Below, in pieces: positions 24,950 to 36,981 of a stretch of DNA of 64,000 bases (position 1 is the stretch's first letter; every line of letters begins with the position of its first letter). The notes beneath the pieces are model-generated. The model was not told the DNA's origin. It did no database searches and saw only the letters and a program-made list of their open reading frames with translations. Source of the DNA: Mobula hypostoma (lineage: Eukaryota); the NCBI RefSeq assembly GCF_963921235.1, contig NC_086103.1:100316001-100380000 (forward strand). Direction: 5' to 3'. The position numbers and the translations under genes were made by a program.

Positions 24950-25540
24950 TCTACTGGTGCCTCTGGACACATCTTCAGTGATGTTCCTGGAATCATGGGG
25001 TGTTTCGGGTCTTTCAACATCATATGCCCACCTCCAGGTGACCCAGCCGGGGCTGATCAGACCCCAGCTTGTGTCCAGATGGCTAGCTACTTATGACTCC
25101 ATGGCTCCCCTCTTTTGAGCCACAGCCATCTTGAGGCCCTTTCTGCCACATCAGTGGTACTGCGGATGGCTCTCCTCTTCCTCTCTCCCACGATACCCAA
25201 AATGCTGAAGGTGCTGGCTAAGGAACGGACTGCAAATTCCCTACAACCAACCTCCACTGGGAGACCCCTAGCTCTCCATCCAGCCTGCTGGCTGTTGCTG
25301 ACCAGTCCTGCATACTTGGAGAGCTTCCTTTCAAAGGCCTCTTCCAAGCGATCTTCCCATGGGATTGTCAGCTCTAGCAGCACCACTTGCTTAGTAGACT
25401 CAGACACAAGGACAATGTCTGGTCACAGGTTGGTGGCTGCGATATGATTGGGGAACTTCAGCTACCATTCGAGGTCCACCAACAGCTGCCATTCCCTTGC
25501 AGAGGTCAGGATGCCTGCAGATGTTCTTTTGGCGGGTATT
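24950..25540 (-). mobile_element. HERO-clade (RLE-type) non-LTR retrotransposon 3' end
   Basis: Minus translation WQLLVDLE..LKFPNHIAATNL.PDIVLVSESTKQVVLLELTIPWEDRLEEAFERKLSKY..GWRARGLPVEVGCR..ASRWLWLKR shows a PD..E restriction-like endonuclease, followed by a ~130-bp 3' UTR. Confidence 0.85.
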
Positions 25541-25914
25541 TCCAAGAATGCTAAGATATTAAGTTGCATTGAAACGTTGCTGGATACACCTACAGTCAAT
25601 AGACAAGTAAATTATCTTCATTAGTACACCTGCTGAGAAATATGCTGCTGTTAACATCTGACAGTTCCATGTGTTTCTCTTCAATATTCAGTCTTTAAAA
25701 ATCTGGAGCAGTAAATCAAACTAATTTCCTTTCATTTCCCAAAGGAAATGGACACTAGCTCTTACAGAAAATTGCTGGCTTCCATTGATGTCTATGGCTT
25801 GTAATGTGAGACTCACAGAATTCTACGATGAATGTCTGACAACAAAGCAAAGTCTGCATGAGAGATCTGCTGAAAAGTCACCTGTCTAAAAAGATGCAGC
25901 TGAGATATAAGTCC

Positions 25915-26450
25915 TGATTAAAGCATCCTGTCTGGATGCATCACAGCTTGGGCTGTCAACTGCTCTGCTCAAGATGTCAAAAAATTGCAGAGATTTGCAG
26001 ACTCAGCTCAGTCTATCATGAAAACTAGCCTGTCCACCATTGGTTGTATCTACACTTCTAGATGCCTCCAGAAAGCAGCCAACATAATCAAAGACCCCTC
26101 TCACCATTCTCTCTTTGTCCCTCTTTTACTGGGCAGATTACACAAAAGCTTGAAAACATGCACCGCCAAGTACAAGGACAGCTTTTATCCTGTTGTTATG
26201 ATGCTCTTGAATGAACCTCTTGCTAGATAAGTAAGGACTCCTGATGTCACAATCTACCTCGACATGGTTCCTTTACCTCACTGTCTACCTGCTCTTCACT
26301 TTCTCAGGAATTGGAACTGAAACACTATATTCTGAAATACTATATTACGCTATATATACGCTAATATTTTGCAACTGATCTGTATTGATGGCATGCAACA
26401 TATAATTTTTCACTTTATATTTGTACATGAGACAATAATAAGCCAATTAC
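25915..26450 (+). mobile_element. Rex1/Babar-like LINE 3' end (different subfamily)
   Basis: LQRFADSAQSIMKTSLSTI..IYTSRCLQKAANIIKDPSH..YKDSFYP; tail gtacatgagacaataataagccaat. Confidence 0.75.
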
Positions 26451-28045
26451 TAATGACCAAATCCAGCAGCTGAAGTAGAACTATTCTTTGTGGGGTTCTA
26501 TAAAGAGTAGAAGCCATATTTAGTGTCATATTAAATACTATGGGAGATATTTACTGATTGCTGTATTTCAAATTTAAACACTACTCAACTAGTGAAGGTT
26601 GTGAAATATAGCTAAGCAAACATTCCATAACAAGGCATATAATAATAAAAACTATTCCATTTTCAGCTTCTTTAGTTACTCTCCAATCTTACTATCTTCT
26701 CTACAACTTGCCCATAAGATTTTTCTCCTGTTCTATAAGTCTCTTTCCATTAAACTGCTAAAAACTAGTGTTTAACACCGTGTCATTTTAATTTAAAACG
26801 TGAACTGTTCAATCTCACTAGATATTGACCTTGTTCTGTTCAAAGCTACTGTCCATTAATAATCTCTTTCTCACCCACTTTGTTCTGGTATTGTATTCTT
26901 AGCTTCAACTTCCTTTCATCTCCAATCCATTTTAAGATATTACTGGTTTCAAAATGTATTACTACTGTAATCCTAGATTTAAATCTAATCAGGTATCCAT
27001 CTTTGCTTCACAAATGGAATGGTTAGACACAATGTCACAAGGTCCAGTAAGTGTGACCATTGTTCATTATTATTTTTCCCTCTTCGAACTCCCTGGAACA
27101 TTTAACACTTTACTCCTTCCAACTGCCTCCTCTCTTCTCCACTCCAGTTGTTCCAACTTAGTTATTTTTTATTTATTTTTCCAATTCTAATGTTTCCCTA
27201 GTTTTACACAATTACGGTGGGTCCTCTTCTTCCTCACCTGTATTGAAACCATTGGCAAAATCAACTGGGGTCAGACTGATTGTCATTTATTGCTGATTGC
27301 AGTATTGTGGAAAGCTTTGGGATGTTTTGAATTCAAATTGTTATTGTACACACACTATAGAGAAGTTTCAACCGTTCAAAATTCCCTCTTCTTTCTTGAC
27401 TATAATTGAATACATATTGTGTGGTTGAACTGTAAATTCTTACAATTTTTTCAGTCTTGGTATCAAGTTCTGAAATACCAAGGTCAGTTAAAAAGTTGCT
27501 GGTGGCTGATGACAAGGGGTTGATATGTGGGATCATATATTTTTTGAGGATAAACTTAATGAAGCCAACAGTCTTGATGATCAAAACGATCATTTACCTG
27601 AAATGAAATATTTTGTTCACGGTGCTCTGATTCATTCCTTGTAATCCAGAAATGAACTACCTATGGTATTTTCATTAATTTACTTCAGAAATACTCTCAT
27701 TGTCTCAATAGATGAAAACAAAAACAGGAAAACCACTGAAGAAGAATATTAATTATGTGTAATCTTCCAGCATTTGAATCTTACATTAAGTGATAACCAA
27801 TGTTCCAATTCAAAAATTCCTCCTTTCTGTTCTTGCTCCATTCAGCAAGATAGCCATTTTATAAGCAGTCAGAAATGAATTCTTTCAATGATTGCATCAT
27901 TGAAACATATTGAACAAGGTCCTGTTGACCTCGCAACCTCATCTTCATCTTTATCACTCAGCTATATCATCCTGCTATGCATGTTTGGAAACAGCAATGC
28001 CAGCAGGTTAACCACTTCTTTTCTCAATAAACTAGAACCACCATA

Positions 28046-28410
28046 AACACGAGAAAATCTGCAGATGCTGGAAATCCAAAGCAATTCACACAAAATGCTA
28101 GAGGAACTCAGCAGACCAGGCAGCATCTATGGAAAGTAGTCGATGATTCGGGTCAAGACTCTTCATCAGGACTGGAAAGAAAGAGGAAAAGTCAGAACAA
28201 GAAGGTGGATGGAGGGGAGGAAGAAGTATAAGGTGGTAGGTGATAGGTGAAGCCGGAAGAGGGAGAAAGGGACTGGGTGAAGTAAAGCGCTGGGAAGCTG
28301 ATAGGTGAAAGAGATAACTCTAACCTCCTCTTTCTTTCTAGTCCTGATGAAGGGTCTCGGCCTGTTTATTCTTTTCCATAGATGTGCCTGGCATGCTAGA
28401 CGAGAACTAC
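28046..28410. mobile_element. Penelope-like fold-back element: minus arm 28046-28317, plus arm 28318-28400, each with a hammerhead remnant
   Basis: cttcatcaggact (28161-28173) versus agtcctgatgaag (28340-28352); ccaggcagcatctatggaaa versus tttccatagatgtgcctgg. Confidence 0.85.
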
Positions 28411-28464
28411 CTTTAAATAGAGAGTACATTTCTCATTTTGTATTTAATCAAACACAAAACTAAG

Positions 28465-29025
28465 AGTACATTGGCCGGTTTCACCATAGACTGGTAAGGA
28501 AAGACCAATGCCCTCGAGTGGAAAATCCTATAAAAAATACTGGATACAATCCAGTCCATCTCCCCACCACCAAGCACATCAACATAGAGTATTGTCACAG
28601 GAAAGCTGCATCCATCATCAAGGACCCCCACCACCCAGGTCATGCTCTCTTCTCGATACTGCCAATCAGGAAGAAGGTACAGGAACCTCTGGACTCACAC
28701 TACCAGGTTCTGGAACAGAAGCATATCTCTCAACCATCAGGCTCTTGAACCAAATCTTCCCACTACCTATGGATTCACTTTCAAGAACTCTTCATCTCAT
28801 GTTCTTGATATTTATTGCATATTCATTTATTATTATTATTTCTTTCTTTTTCTATTTGCACAGTTTGTTGTCTTTTGCACGCTGGTTGAATTCCCATATT
28901 TGTACAGTCTTTCACTGATTCTATTATGGATTTATTGAATATACCCATAAGAAAGTGGATCTTAGGGTTGCATATGGTGACATATACTGTACGTACTTTG
29001 ATAATAAATTTATTTTGGACTTTAA
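28465..29025 (+). mobile_element. Rex1/Babar LINE 3' end
   Basis: YCHRKAASIIKDPHHPGHALFSILP; tail gtactttgataataaatttattttggacttt. Confidence 0.8.
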
Positions 29026-30394
29026 ATTAATCATATTTTCTTATGACATAGAAAGAGGTCGCATTAAACCTATTCACCAACTTATTTTCTTGTAATACGT
29101 TCCCTGTCACAGGGCCACCAACTCTCTCCATTGACCCTCTGACATCCACTTACAATACAGGTGATTTACATACCAGAATGACATTCAAATGTAGGATGAC
29201 TCAAAAACACCCAGGTTTCTATAGCTATGCAAAATCAGTACCAACGACTGTGTCACTGCTCAGTTTCCTTCATGTAAGTCTGTTTGTCGATTCCCAGCAA
29301 ATTCTGTGTCAAAATTATTGTTTTTTTAATTATTTTTAATATTCTAAAAGAATCTGAATTCAATACATATTGACTGCTCATTTTTATTGAATGTGCTGAT
29401 TGAATAAAGGGGGTGAACATACTCCTATTTTTTTTAACCCTAACAGTTTTTGTCTATACCATTGAGGGTATATTGAGAAATGAATAACTGGTAAAAGATT
29501 GAATTTGAACTACATTTTTAAAAAACTCCACAAGATTATTTTTGTTGAGCATGTGTCTTATTTTTTCTCTACTGAGAATAAGTGTAAAGTTGTGAAAATC
29601 TTCATTGGTTGATCAACAGTCTTACAGAGAGCAATGTGAATACACCTTTCACTACCAAAACCACTTCAGTGATGGTTGATAGAACAGATAGCCTTTTATG
29701 AAATAAGTGTTCTGTTGACTTTCCCAACCCATCTGATGAAAAGTTTGAGATATCTCTGGAAATAAGTTTTTGACTCCATGTTAGCACAAGACTGTTGAAG
29801 TTGAATTGCTTTTTATCTTTCTGAGGCTGTGAGAGTATTTACAAAGTAAAATGATTAAAATGAAAACAAGTAGATCATTTCTGGATTACCATAAATGTGC
29901 CGGAACACTATGGACATGGTATGTCATTTCAAGCACTTAATCTATTTGGAAGATTTAAGGCACAATGACTTGTGCTGTATCATCCACTTTATCATTATTA
30001 AATTCGCTTTCTGAACATGTCCCCATCAACCACTCTCCCTGTTCCCTCAGCCTAACCCACAAGCTCAGCAGAGACAGAATGCCACGACTGGGTCATGAAA
30101 TCTGCTACTTTACACAAGTGGCTGGCATGGAAAATGGACAATTGTCACACTAATGAAGAGATGGATCCTTTGCTAAGATTTCATACATTGCTGGAGCAAA
30201 ATCTAGGGAGCTTTACAACTAAACAAGATTAGCTATCAGCTCCATATGTTTAGATGTGTTTCTGTTTACTAAACAAAGAATAAGTAATTGAAACTGGTCT
30301 CCAAATGTTATTTGTTTTCATGAGTGTGTCACTTCCTTAACTTCAGAAGAAGTTTTTGTCAGTATATAAGGACATCCGTAGAACGCCATCTGAA

Positions 30395-30635
30395 GACAAA
30401 GAGACAACAGATGCTGGAACCTAGACTGAAAAACTAACAGCTGGAGGGATTTAGCAGGTGAAGCAGCATCTGTGAAAGCAAAGGATTTTTGAATTGAGAT
30501 CCTGCACTAGGACTCAGTCTGTCCTTGCTCAGACCCTGTCTTGATACAGACTGTTCACCTAAAATATTAGCCATCTGTTTATCCCCACAGATGCTGCTTG
30601 TCCCTTTGATTACCTCCAGCGATCATTTTCTTGCT
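30395..30635. mobile_element. Older Penelope-like fold-back element
   Basis: Perfect 14-bp inverted repeat aagcagcatctgtg (30461-30474) / cacagatgctgctt (30586-30599), extended by ctggagg / cctccag. Confidence 0.65.
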
Positions 30636-31508
30636 ATACTAACCTGTGTTGTTCTTGCAATACATACGTGCTACTTGAATGCACATAGGATATTTGCTGC
30701 TAAAATTAGTAAATGTAGGCATTTGGGTACTTTGATATGGAATCTGTCTTCAAACTGTTCATTAGCCCAGATCAAGGGTATTTGATGTTGCTTTCTGTGT
30801 AATGTCTGGAAAAGGATGTTCCATTCATGAGAGACATTTCCAGCTGAGACTGCTATCAGGATGGACTGAAGCTTTTCTTTAACTAAAACATCAAACCACA
30901 GGTGCTAACTATTGTTAGGCATCACTTTGGATAAACATGAAGTAAAATGCAGAATATATGCAACACTGGCATCTGTCAAGTGAGAAATAAGAATTTATGT
31001 GCTGGAAATAGAATCACTTTTTTTTTAACTGTTGTTGCTACCCTTTAGATGGGAAGTGCAAAATTGATTAGGATATGTGATCTGCAATTCCCTGTGAAAT
31101 TACATCACATTTCTTTGTAAACACAACAGGCTTGGGCAAGGAGCCTGCTCAATGCACACTGATATCAATCACAGTACAAAGCACATTTCATCGTATTAAT
31201 ACAACTTCTATATGTGCATGCACACTGAACAAACCTTACAGAGCTCCAGCAGAATTACAGGCTTGCTCAACAAGACTTAGAGGGCTCAGTCTCCATATAA
31301 ACACCTATTGAAAACCCAGTGGTGAAGATCACAAGGAAATCACCTTTAATGGATTAAATATTTCCTCTATTGCTGATGCGATTTATTGTCATTTTTCAAA
31401 AGGGGGGGGCTGTTGATTGTCAATGCATTCCAATGATTTCCCCAAATGTCTACTTCCAACAAGACAATCTCATCAGAGAGGCTATTCGTCATTCTTTGCA
31501 AAACGTGT

Positions 31509-34500
31509 CCCGGGTGCCAGGGTCCAGGATGTCTCTGACCGGGTGCACGACATCCTGGTACAAGAGGGAAAGCAACCAGAAGTCGTGATACATGTTGGGA
31601 CCAACGACATAGGCAGGAAGAGGGATGAGGTCCTGAAGTATGAGTTTCGGAAACGAGGCAGAAGGCTGAAGAACAGGAACTCAAAGGTGGCGTTCTCAGG
31701 ATTGCTGCCAGTGCTACATGACAGTGATGGTAAGAATTGGAGGAGATGGCAGTTGAATGCGTGGCTGAGGAGTTGGTGCAGGGAGCAGGGTTTTAGATTT
31801 TTGAACCATTGGGATCTCTTCTGGGGAAGGTGGGTCCTGTGCAGATTGGATGGGTTGCACCTGAACTCAAGGGCGAGCAATATCCTTGCAGGTAGGTTTG
31901 CTAGCATGGTTCAGGAGGGTTTTAAATTAATTTGCAAGAAGGATAGGACCCAGAGTGATAGAGCAGTGAAAGAAGTGCATGGAGTAAAGCCGGATCTAAC
32001 ATATAGAGAGGCTTTGAGGAAAGAGAAGTGGAATAAATGGTGTAAAGACAGTAAGGTAGAAGGGCTGAAATGTGTGTACCTCAATGCAAGAAGCATCAGG
32101 AACAAAGGTGATGAACTGAGAGCTTGGATACATACATGGAATTAGGATTTACTGGCCATTACAGAGACTTGGCTGGCACCAGGGCAGGAATGGATTCTCA
32201 ATATTCCTGGATTTCAGTGCTTTAAAAGGGATAGAGAGGGCGGAAAAAGGGGAGAAGGGGTTGCATTACTCGTCAGGGATACTATTACAGCTACAGAAAG
32301 GGTGGGTAATGTAGCAGGATCCTCTTTTGAGTCAGTATGGGTGGAAGTCAGGAAAATGAAGGGAGCAATTACTCTACTGGGGGTATTCTATAGACCCCCT
32401 GGTAGCAGCAGAGATACAGAGGAGCAGATTGGGAGGCAGATTTTGGAAAGGTGCAAAAATAACAGGGCTGTTATCATGGGTGACTTTAATTTCCCTAATA
32501 TTGATTGGCACCTGATTAGTTCCAAGGGTTTAGACGGGGCAGAGTTTGTTAAGTGTGTCCAGGACGGATTCCTGTCACAGTATGTGGATAGGCTGACTAG
32601 GGAGAATGCCATTCTAGATCTAGTACTAGGTAATGAAACGGATCAGGTCACAGATCTCTCAGTGGGTGGCATCTGGGGGACAGTGACCACCGCTCCTTGG
32701 CCTTTAGCATTATCATGGAAAAGGATAGAATCAGAGAGGACAGGAAAATTTTTAATTGGGGAAAGGCAAATTGTGAGGTTATAAGGCTAGAACTTGCGGG
32801 TGTGAATTGGGATGATGTTTTTGCAGGGAAATGTACTATGGACATGTGGTTGATGTTTAGGGATCTCTTGCAGGATGTTAGGGATAAATTTGTCCCGGTG
32901 AGGAAGATAAAGAATGAGGGGGTGAAGGAATCATGGGTGACAAGTGAGGTGGAAAATCTAGTCAGGTGGAAGAAGGCAGCATACATGAGGTTTAGGAAGC
33001 AAGGATCAGATGGGTCTATTGAGGAATATAGGGAAGCAAGAAAGGAGCTTAAGAAGGGGTTGAGAAGAGCAAGAAGGGGGCATGAGAAGGCCTTGGTGAG
33101 TAGGGTAAAGGAAAACTCCCAAGCATTCTTCAATTATGTGAAGAAAAAGAAGATGACAGGAGTGAAGGTAGGACCGATTAGAGATAAAGGTGGGAAGATG
33201 TGCCTGGAGGCTTGGGAAGTGAGCAAGGTCCTCAATGAATACTTCTCTTCGGTATTCACCAATAAGAGGGAACTTGATGATGGTGGGGACAATATGAGTG
33301 AGGTTAGTGTTCTGGAGCATGTTGATATTAAGGGAGAGGAGGTGTTGGAGTTGTTAAAATACATTAGGACGGATAAGTCCCTGGGGCCTGACAGAATATT
33401 CCCCAGGCTGCTCCGTGAGACAAGGGAAGAGATTGCTGAGCCTCTGGCTAGGATCTTTATGTCCTCGTTATCCATGGGGATGGTACCAGAGGATTGGAGG
33501 GAGGTGAATGTTGTCCCCTTGTTCAAAAAGGGTAATAGGGATAGTCCTGGTAATTATAGACCAGTGAGCCTTATGTCTGTGGTGGAAAAGCTGTTGGAAA
33601 AGATTCTCAGAGATAGGATCTCTGTGCATTTAGAGAATCATGGTCTGATCAGAAACAGTCAGCATGGCTTTGTGAAGGGCAGATCGTGTCTAACAAGCCT
33701 GATAGAGTTCTTTGAGGAGGTGACCAGGCATATAGATGAGGGTCGTGCAGTGGGTGTGATCTATATGGATTTTAGTAAGGCAGTTGACAAGGTTCCACAC
33801 AGTAGGCTTATTCAGAAAGTCAGAAGGCATGGGATCCAGGGAAGTTTGGCCAGGTGGATTCAGAATTGCCTTGCCTGCCAAAGGCAGAGGGTCATGGTGG
33901 AGGGAGTACATTCAATTTGGAGGATTGTGACTAGTGGTGTCCCACAAGGATCTGTTCTGGGACCTCTATCTTTCGTGATTTTTATTAACAACCTGGATGT
34001 GGGGGTAGAAGGGTGGGTTGGCAAGTTTGCAGACAGCACAAAGGTTGGTGGTGTTGTAGATAGTGTAGAGGATTGTCAAAGATTGCAGAGAGACATTGAT
34101 AGGATGCAGAAGTGGGCTGAGAAGTGGCAGATGGAGTTCAACCCAGAGAAGTGTGAGGTGGTACACTTTGGAAGGACAAACTCCAAGGCAGAGTACAAAG
34201 TAAATGGCAGCATACCTGGTAGTGTGGAGGAGCAGAGGGATCTGGGGGTACATGTCCACAGATCCCTGAAAGATGCCTCACAGGTAGATAGGGTAGTTAA
34301 GAAAGCTTATGGGGTGTTAGCTTTCATAAATCAAGGGTTAGAGTTTAAGAGTTGCGATGTAATGATGTTGCTCTATAAAACTCTGGTTAGGCCATACTTG
34401 GAGTACTGTGTCCAGTTCTGGTCAACTCACTATAGGAAGGATGTGGAAGCATTGGAAAAGGTACAGAGGAGATTTACCAGGATGCTGCCTGCTTTCAAGA

Positions 34501-34921
34501 GTATGCATTATGATCAGAGATTAAGGGAGCTATGGCTTTACTCTTTGGAGGGAAGGAGGATGAGAGGAGACATGATAGAGGTGTACAAGATAATAAGAGG
34601 AATAGATAGAGTGGATAGCCAGTGCCTCTTCCCCAGGGCACCACTGCTCAATACAAGAGGACATGGCTTTAAGGTAAGGGGTGGGAAGTTCAAGGGGGAT
34701 ATTAGAGGAAGGTTTTTTACTCAGAGAGTGGTTGGTACATGGAATGCACTGCCTGAGTCAGTGGTGGAGGCAGATACACTAGTGAAGTTTAAGAGACTAC
34801 TAGACAGGTATGTGGAGGAATATAAGGTGGGAGGGTTATATGGGAGACAAGGTTTGAGGGTCAGCACAACATTGTGGGCTGAAGGGCCTGTACTGTGCTG
34901 TACTATACTATGTTCTATGTT
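31509..34921 (+). mobile_element. CR1 LINE containing the ORF1 C-terminal SGNH esterase and all of ORF2 (APE + RT), inactivated
   Basis: PGARVQD..VVIHVGTND..DGLHLN (SGNH blocks); LKCVYLNARSI, AITETW, YRPP, GDFNFP, LDLVL (APE); RT with FADD mutated to FADS; stop at 32143-32145 and frameshifts; tail ctatgttctatgtt. Confidence 0.95.
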
Positions 34922-35036
34922 CAAATCAAACCCACTACTTGAAGGTGTGTTTTGCTCTGGTGGCATTCATTGTCAGGGTTCATATCACAGTGGAAATAGA
35001 GCTCTTCAATATCTGTATTTCTTGTACAATTTCTGA
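32697..35036 (+). pseudogene. CR1 ORF2 RT portion (779-aa ORF, catalytically dead)
   Basis: Full RT motif set except FADS; the C-terminus runs through the 3' UTR into flanking DNA because of a late frameshift. Confidence 0.85.
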
Positions 35037-35404
35037 AATTACAGGCAATTAGCAAAAGCAATCTGAAGTATCAAAGTTCATGTGGGGTATGCACATGGCT
35101 CCTTACACATGTAGCAAAATTTCTCTCCATCAACCTCTCTTCCAGAGGAAAGCATCAGTTGTAGTGTAGCTGTATCTGAGCAGGTTAAAATATCTAGGCC
35201 AATATTTCAGATTGAGAGTTAAATGTGTTTTATTTTTGTTTTTCTTCAGCATTTGTCCCGTGGAGTAATCTTCAAGCTAGTTGTTAATATTTTCCATGAA
35301 ATTGAAAAGAAGTCAACTTTACATAAACTATAATATTATTAATAGCCCCAGATTTGTTGTTATTTGAAGTCAATGCCAAGTTACAAATAAAGTCATCATT
35401 TTTA

Positions 35405-35964
35405 ACTGATGGACACTTTATTAAGTACACCAGTATATCTGTAAGTTAATGCAAATATCTAATCAGCCAATCATGTGGCAGCAGCACATTGCATAAAAGA
35501 ATGCAGGCATGGTCAGTAGGTGCAGTTGTTGTTCAGACAAAATATCAGAATTGGGAAGAAATGTGACCTAAATGACATTGACCCTGGAGTGATGATTAGT
35601 GTCAGAGAAGGAGGTTTAAATATCTCAAAACTGCTGATTCTCTGAGTTGTTCATGCACAGCAATCCCCAGAGTTTACAGAGATTGGTACAAAAAACATCC
35701 AGTGAGCAGCATTTCTGTGAGCAAAATCACCTTGTTAATGCGAGAGGTCGGAGGAGAACAGCCAAACTGATTCAAGCTGACAGGAAGGTGACAGTAACTC
35801 AAATGAGCATGTGTTGGGACAGTGGTGTGCCAAAGAGCATCTCTGAATGCACAACATGTCAAACCATGAAGTGGATGGGCTACAGCAGCAGAAGACCATG
35901 AATATACACTCAGTGGCCACTTTCTCAAGTACAGGAGGTGCGTAATAAAGTGGCCACTGATGTA
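35405..35964 (+). mobile_element. Tc1/mariner-derived non-autonomous DNA transposon
   Basis: Left TIR remnant cactttattaagtac and right TIR taataaagtggccactga; internal remnant of the transposase DNA-binding domain (GKKCDLND.DPG..; RGRRRTAKLIQADRKVTVTQ..SISECTT..TMKWMGYSSRRP*); no DDE domain. Confidence 0.85.
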
Positions 35965-36804
35965 TGTCCTATGGGCTATATGAAGAGGCTGCTACAAGGG
36001 TAATTGATTTTCCATTCTCCAGTCTCTCTCAGTTTTAACTCTAAGATAAAAAACCTTATGATCTGACATGAGAGAATCTATGATGGGGCTCATTACACCT
36101 TGTAACTATAATGCAAGGCATTTGTATTTGGTGCTATAGTCTGCTCTGGGTCCCTTATCACTGAATTGGAACCAAGCTCCTGAATCAGGCTGATGTCTAG
36201 ATGAGATATTTGTCGTGACAAAGAGAACCTGTTGTTGCTAAAGCTGAAGAGATGTGAACGTTTCTTCTCTGAAACTGTTTGTCACTATCTATCTATTCCA
36301 GTGAATAGCCATAACTTCAGCTCTGGAAATCTTAGCAGTGCACAGGTGAATTTACCCTTAACTTATCCTTAACTTCCATTGTTTTTTTTTGTTTCTTTGA
36401 ATAGTTGGAAACTGAAATTACATTCCTTCAACTGCCACAAAGAGAATTTCAAGTGACTTTACAAATGAGCTCACGCATACACAGTGTTAGAAAAATGTAA
36501 TTACTGGTCTGTGTAGTGATGCTGCACGCTATCTAAAAAAAAATCAGATCTTTCTACAGTTAGCTGGAAGATACTTCGATTTCTTGTTCACATTAAAATA
36601 AAAAGTCACACAAAGCAATGTTGTGAAGTTCATTTTGTTTCAGCTTTTGAAACTGTATCTACTGTACTTGATCTGAAAATTAAAGAAAATGTCTTGGAAT
36701 GGAATATGGAGTCCAATTGTTTGTCACAATTTGTCATCAGTTAAATGCAAATTAGAGATACTCCTGATCGTTTAAGAACATTCAATCCCAGACATAACAT
36801 AAGG

Positions 36805-36905
36805 CCACACACATCAAAGTTGCTGGTGAACGCAGCAGGCCAGGCAGCATCTGTAGGAAGAGGTGCAGTTGACGTTTCAGGCCGAGACCCTTCGTCAGGA
36901 TCGTC
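36805..36905 (-). mobile_element. Penelope-like terminal fragment with a minimal hammerhead core
   Basis: Minus strand reads CTGACGA-AGGGTCTCGGCCT-GAAAC-GTC (36898-36871) followed by ..cagatgctgcctggcctgctgcgttcaccagca. Confidence 0.8.
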
Positions 36906-36981
36906 TGTCAGGAGGATGTGGGACAGCTGACAGAGAAGGGATGCTGGGGTTGGGCGTGGTGCAGGTTTAACATCAGGCAAG

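Noticed and set aside
27333-27640. ORFs and splice-like signals on both strands
   Set aside because: No recognisable protein and no consistent acceptor, donor and frame combination.
31417-32145. 242-aa ORF with an SGNH/GDSL hydrolase domain as a host gene
   Set aside because: It is the esterase domain of CR1 ORF1, directly upstream of APE/RT; the ATG and first ~30 codons come from flanking DNA.
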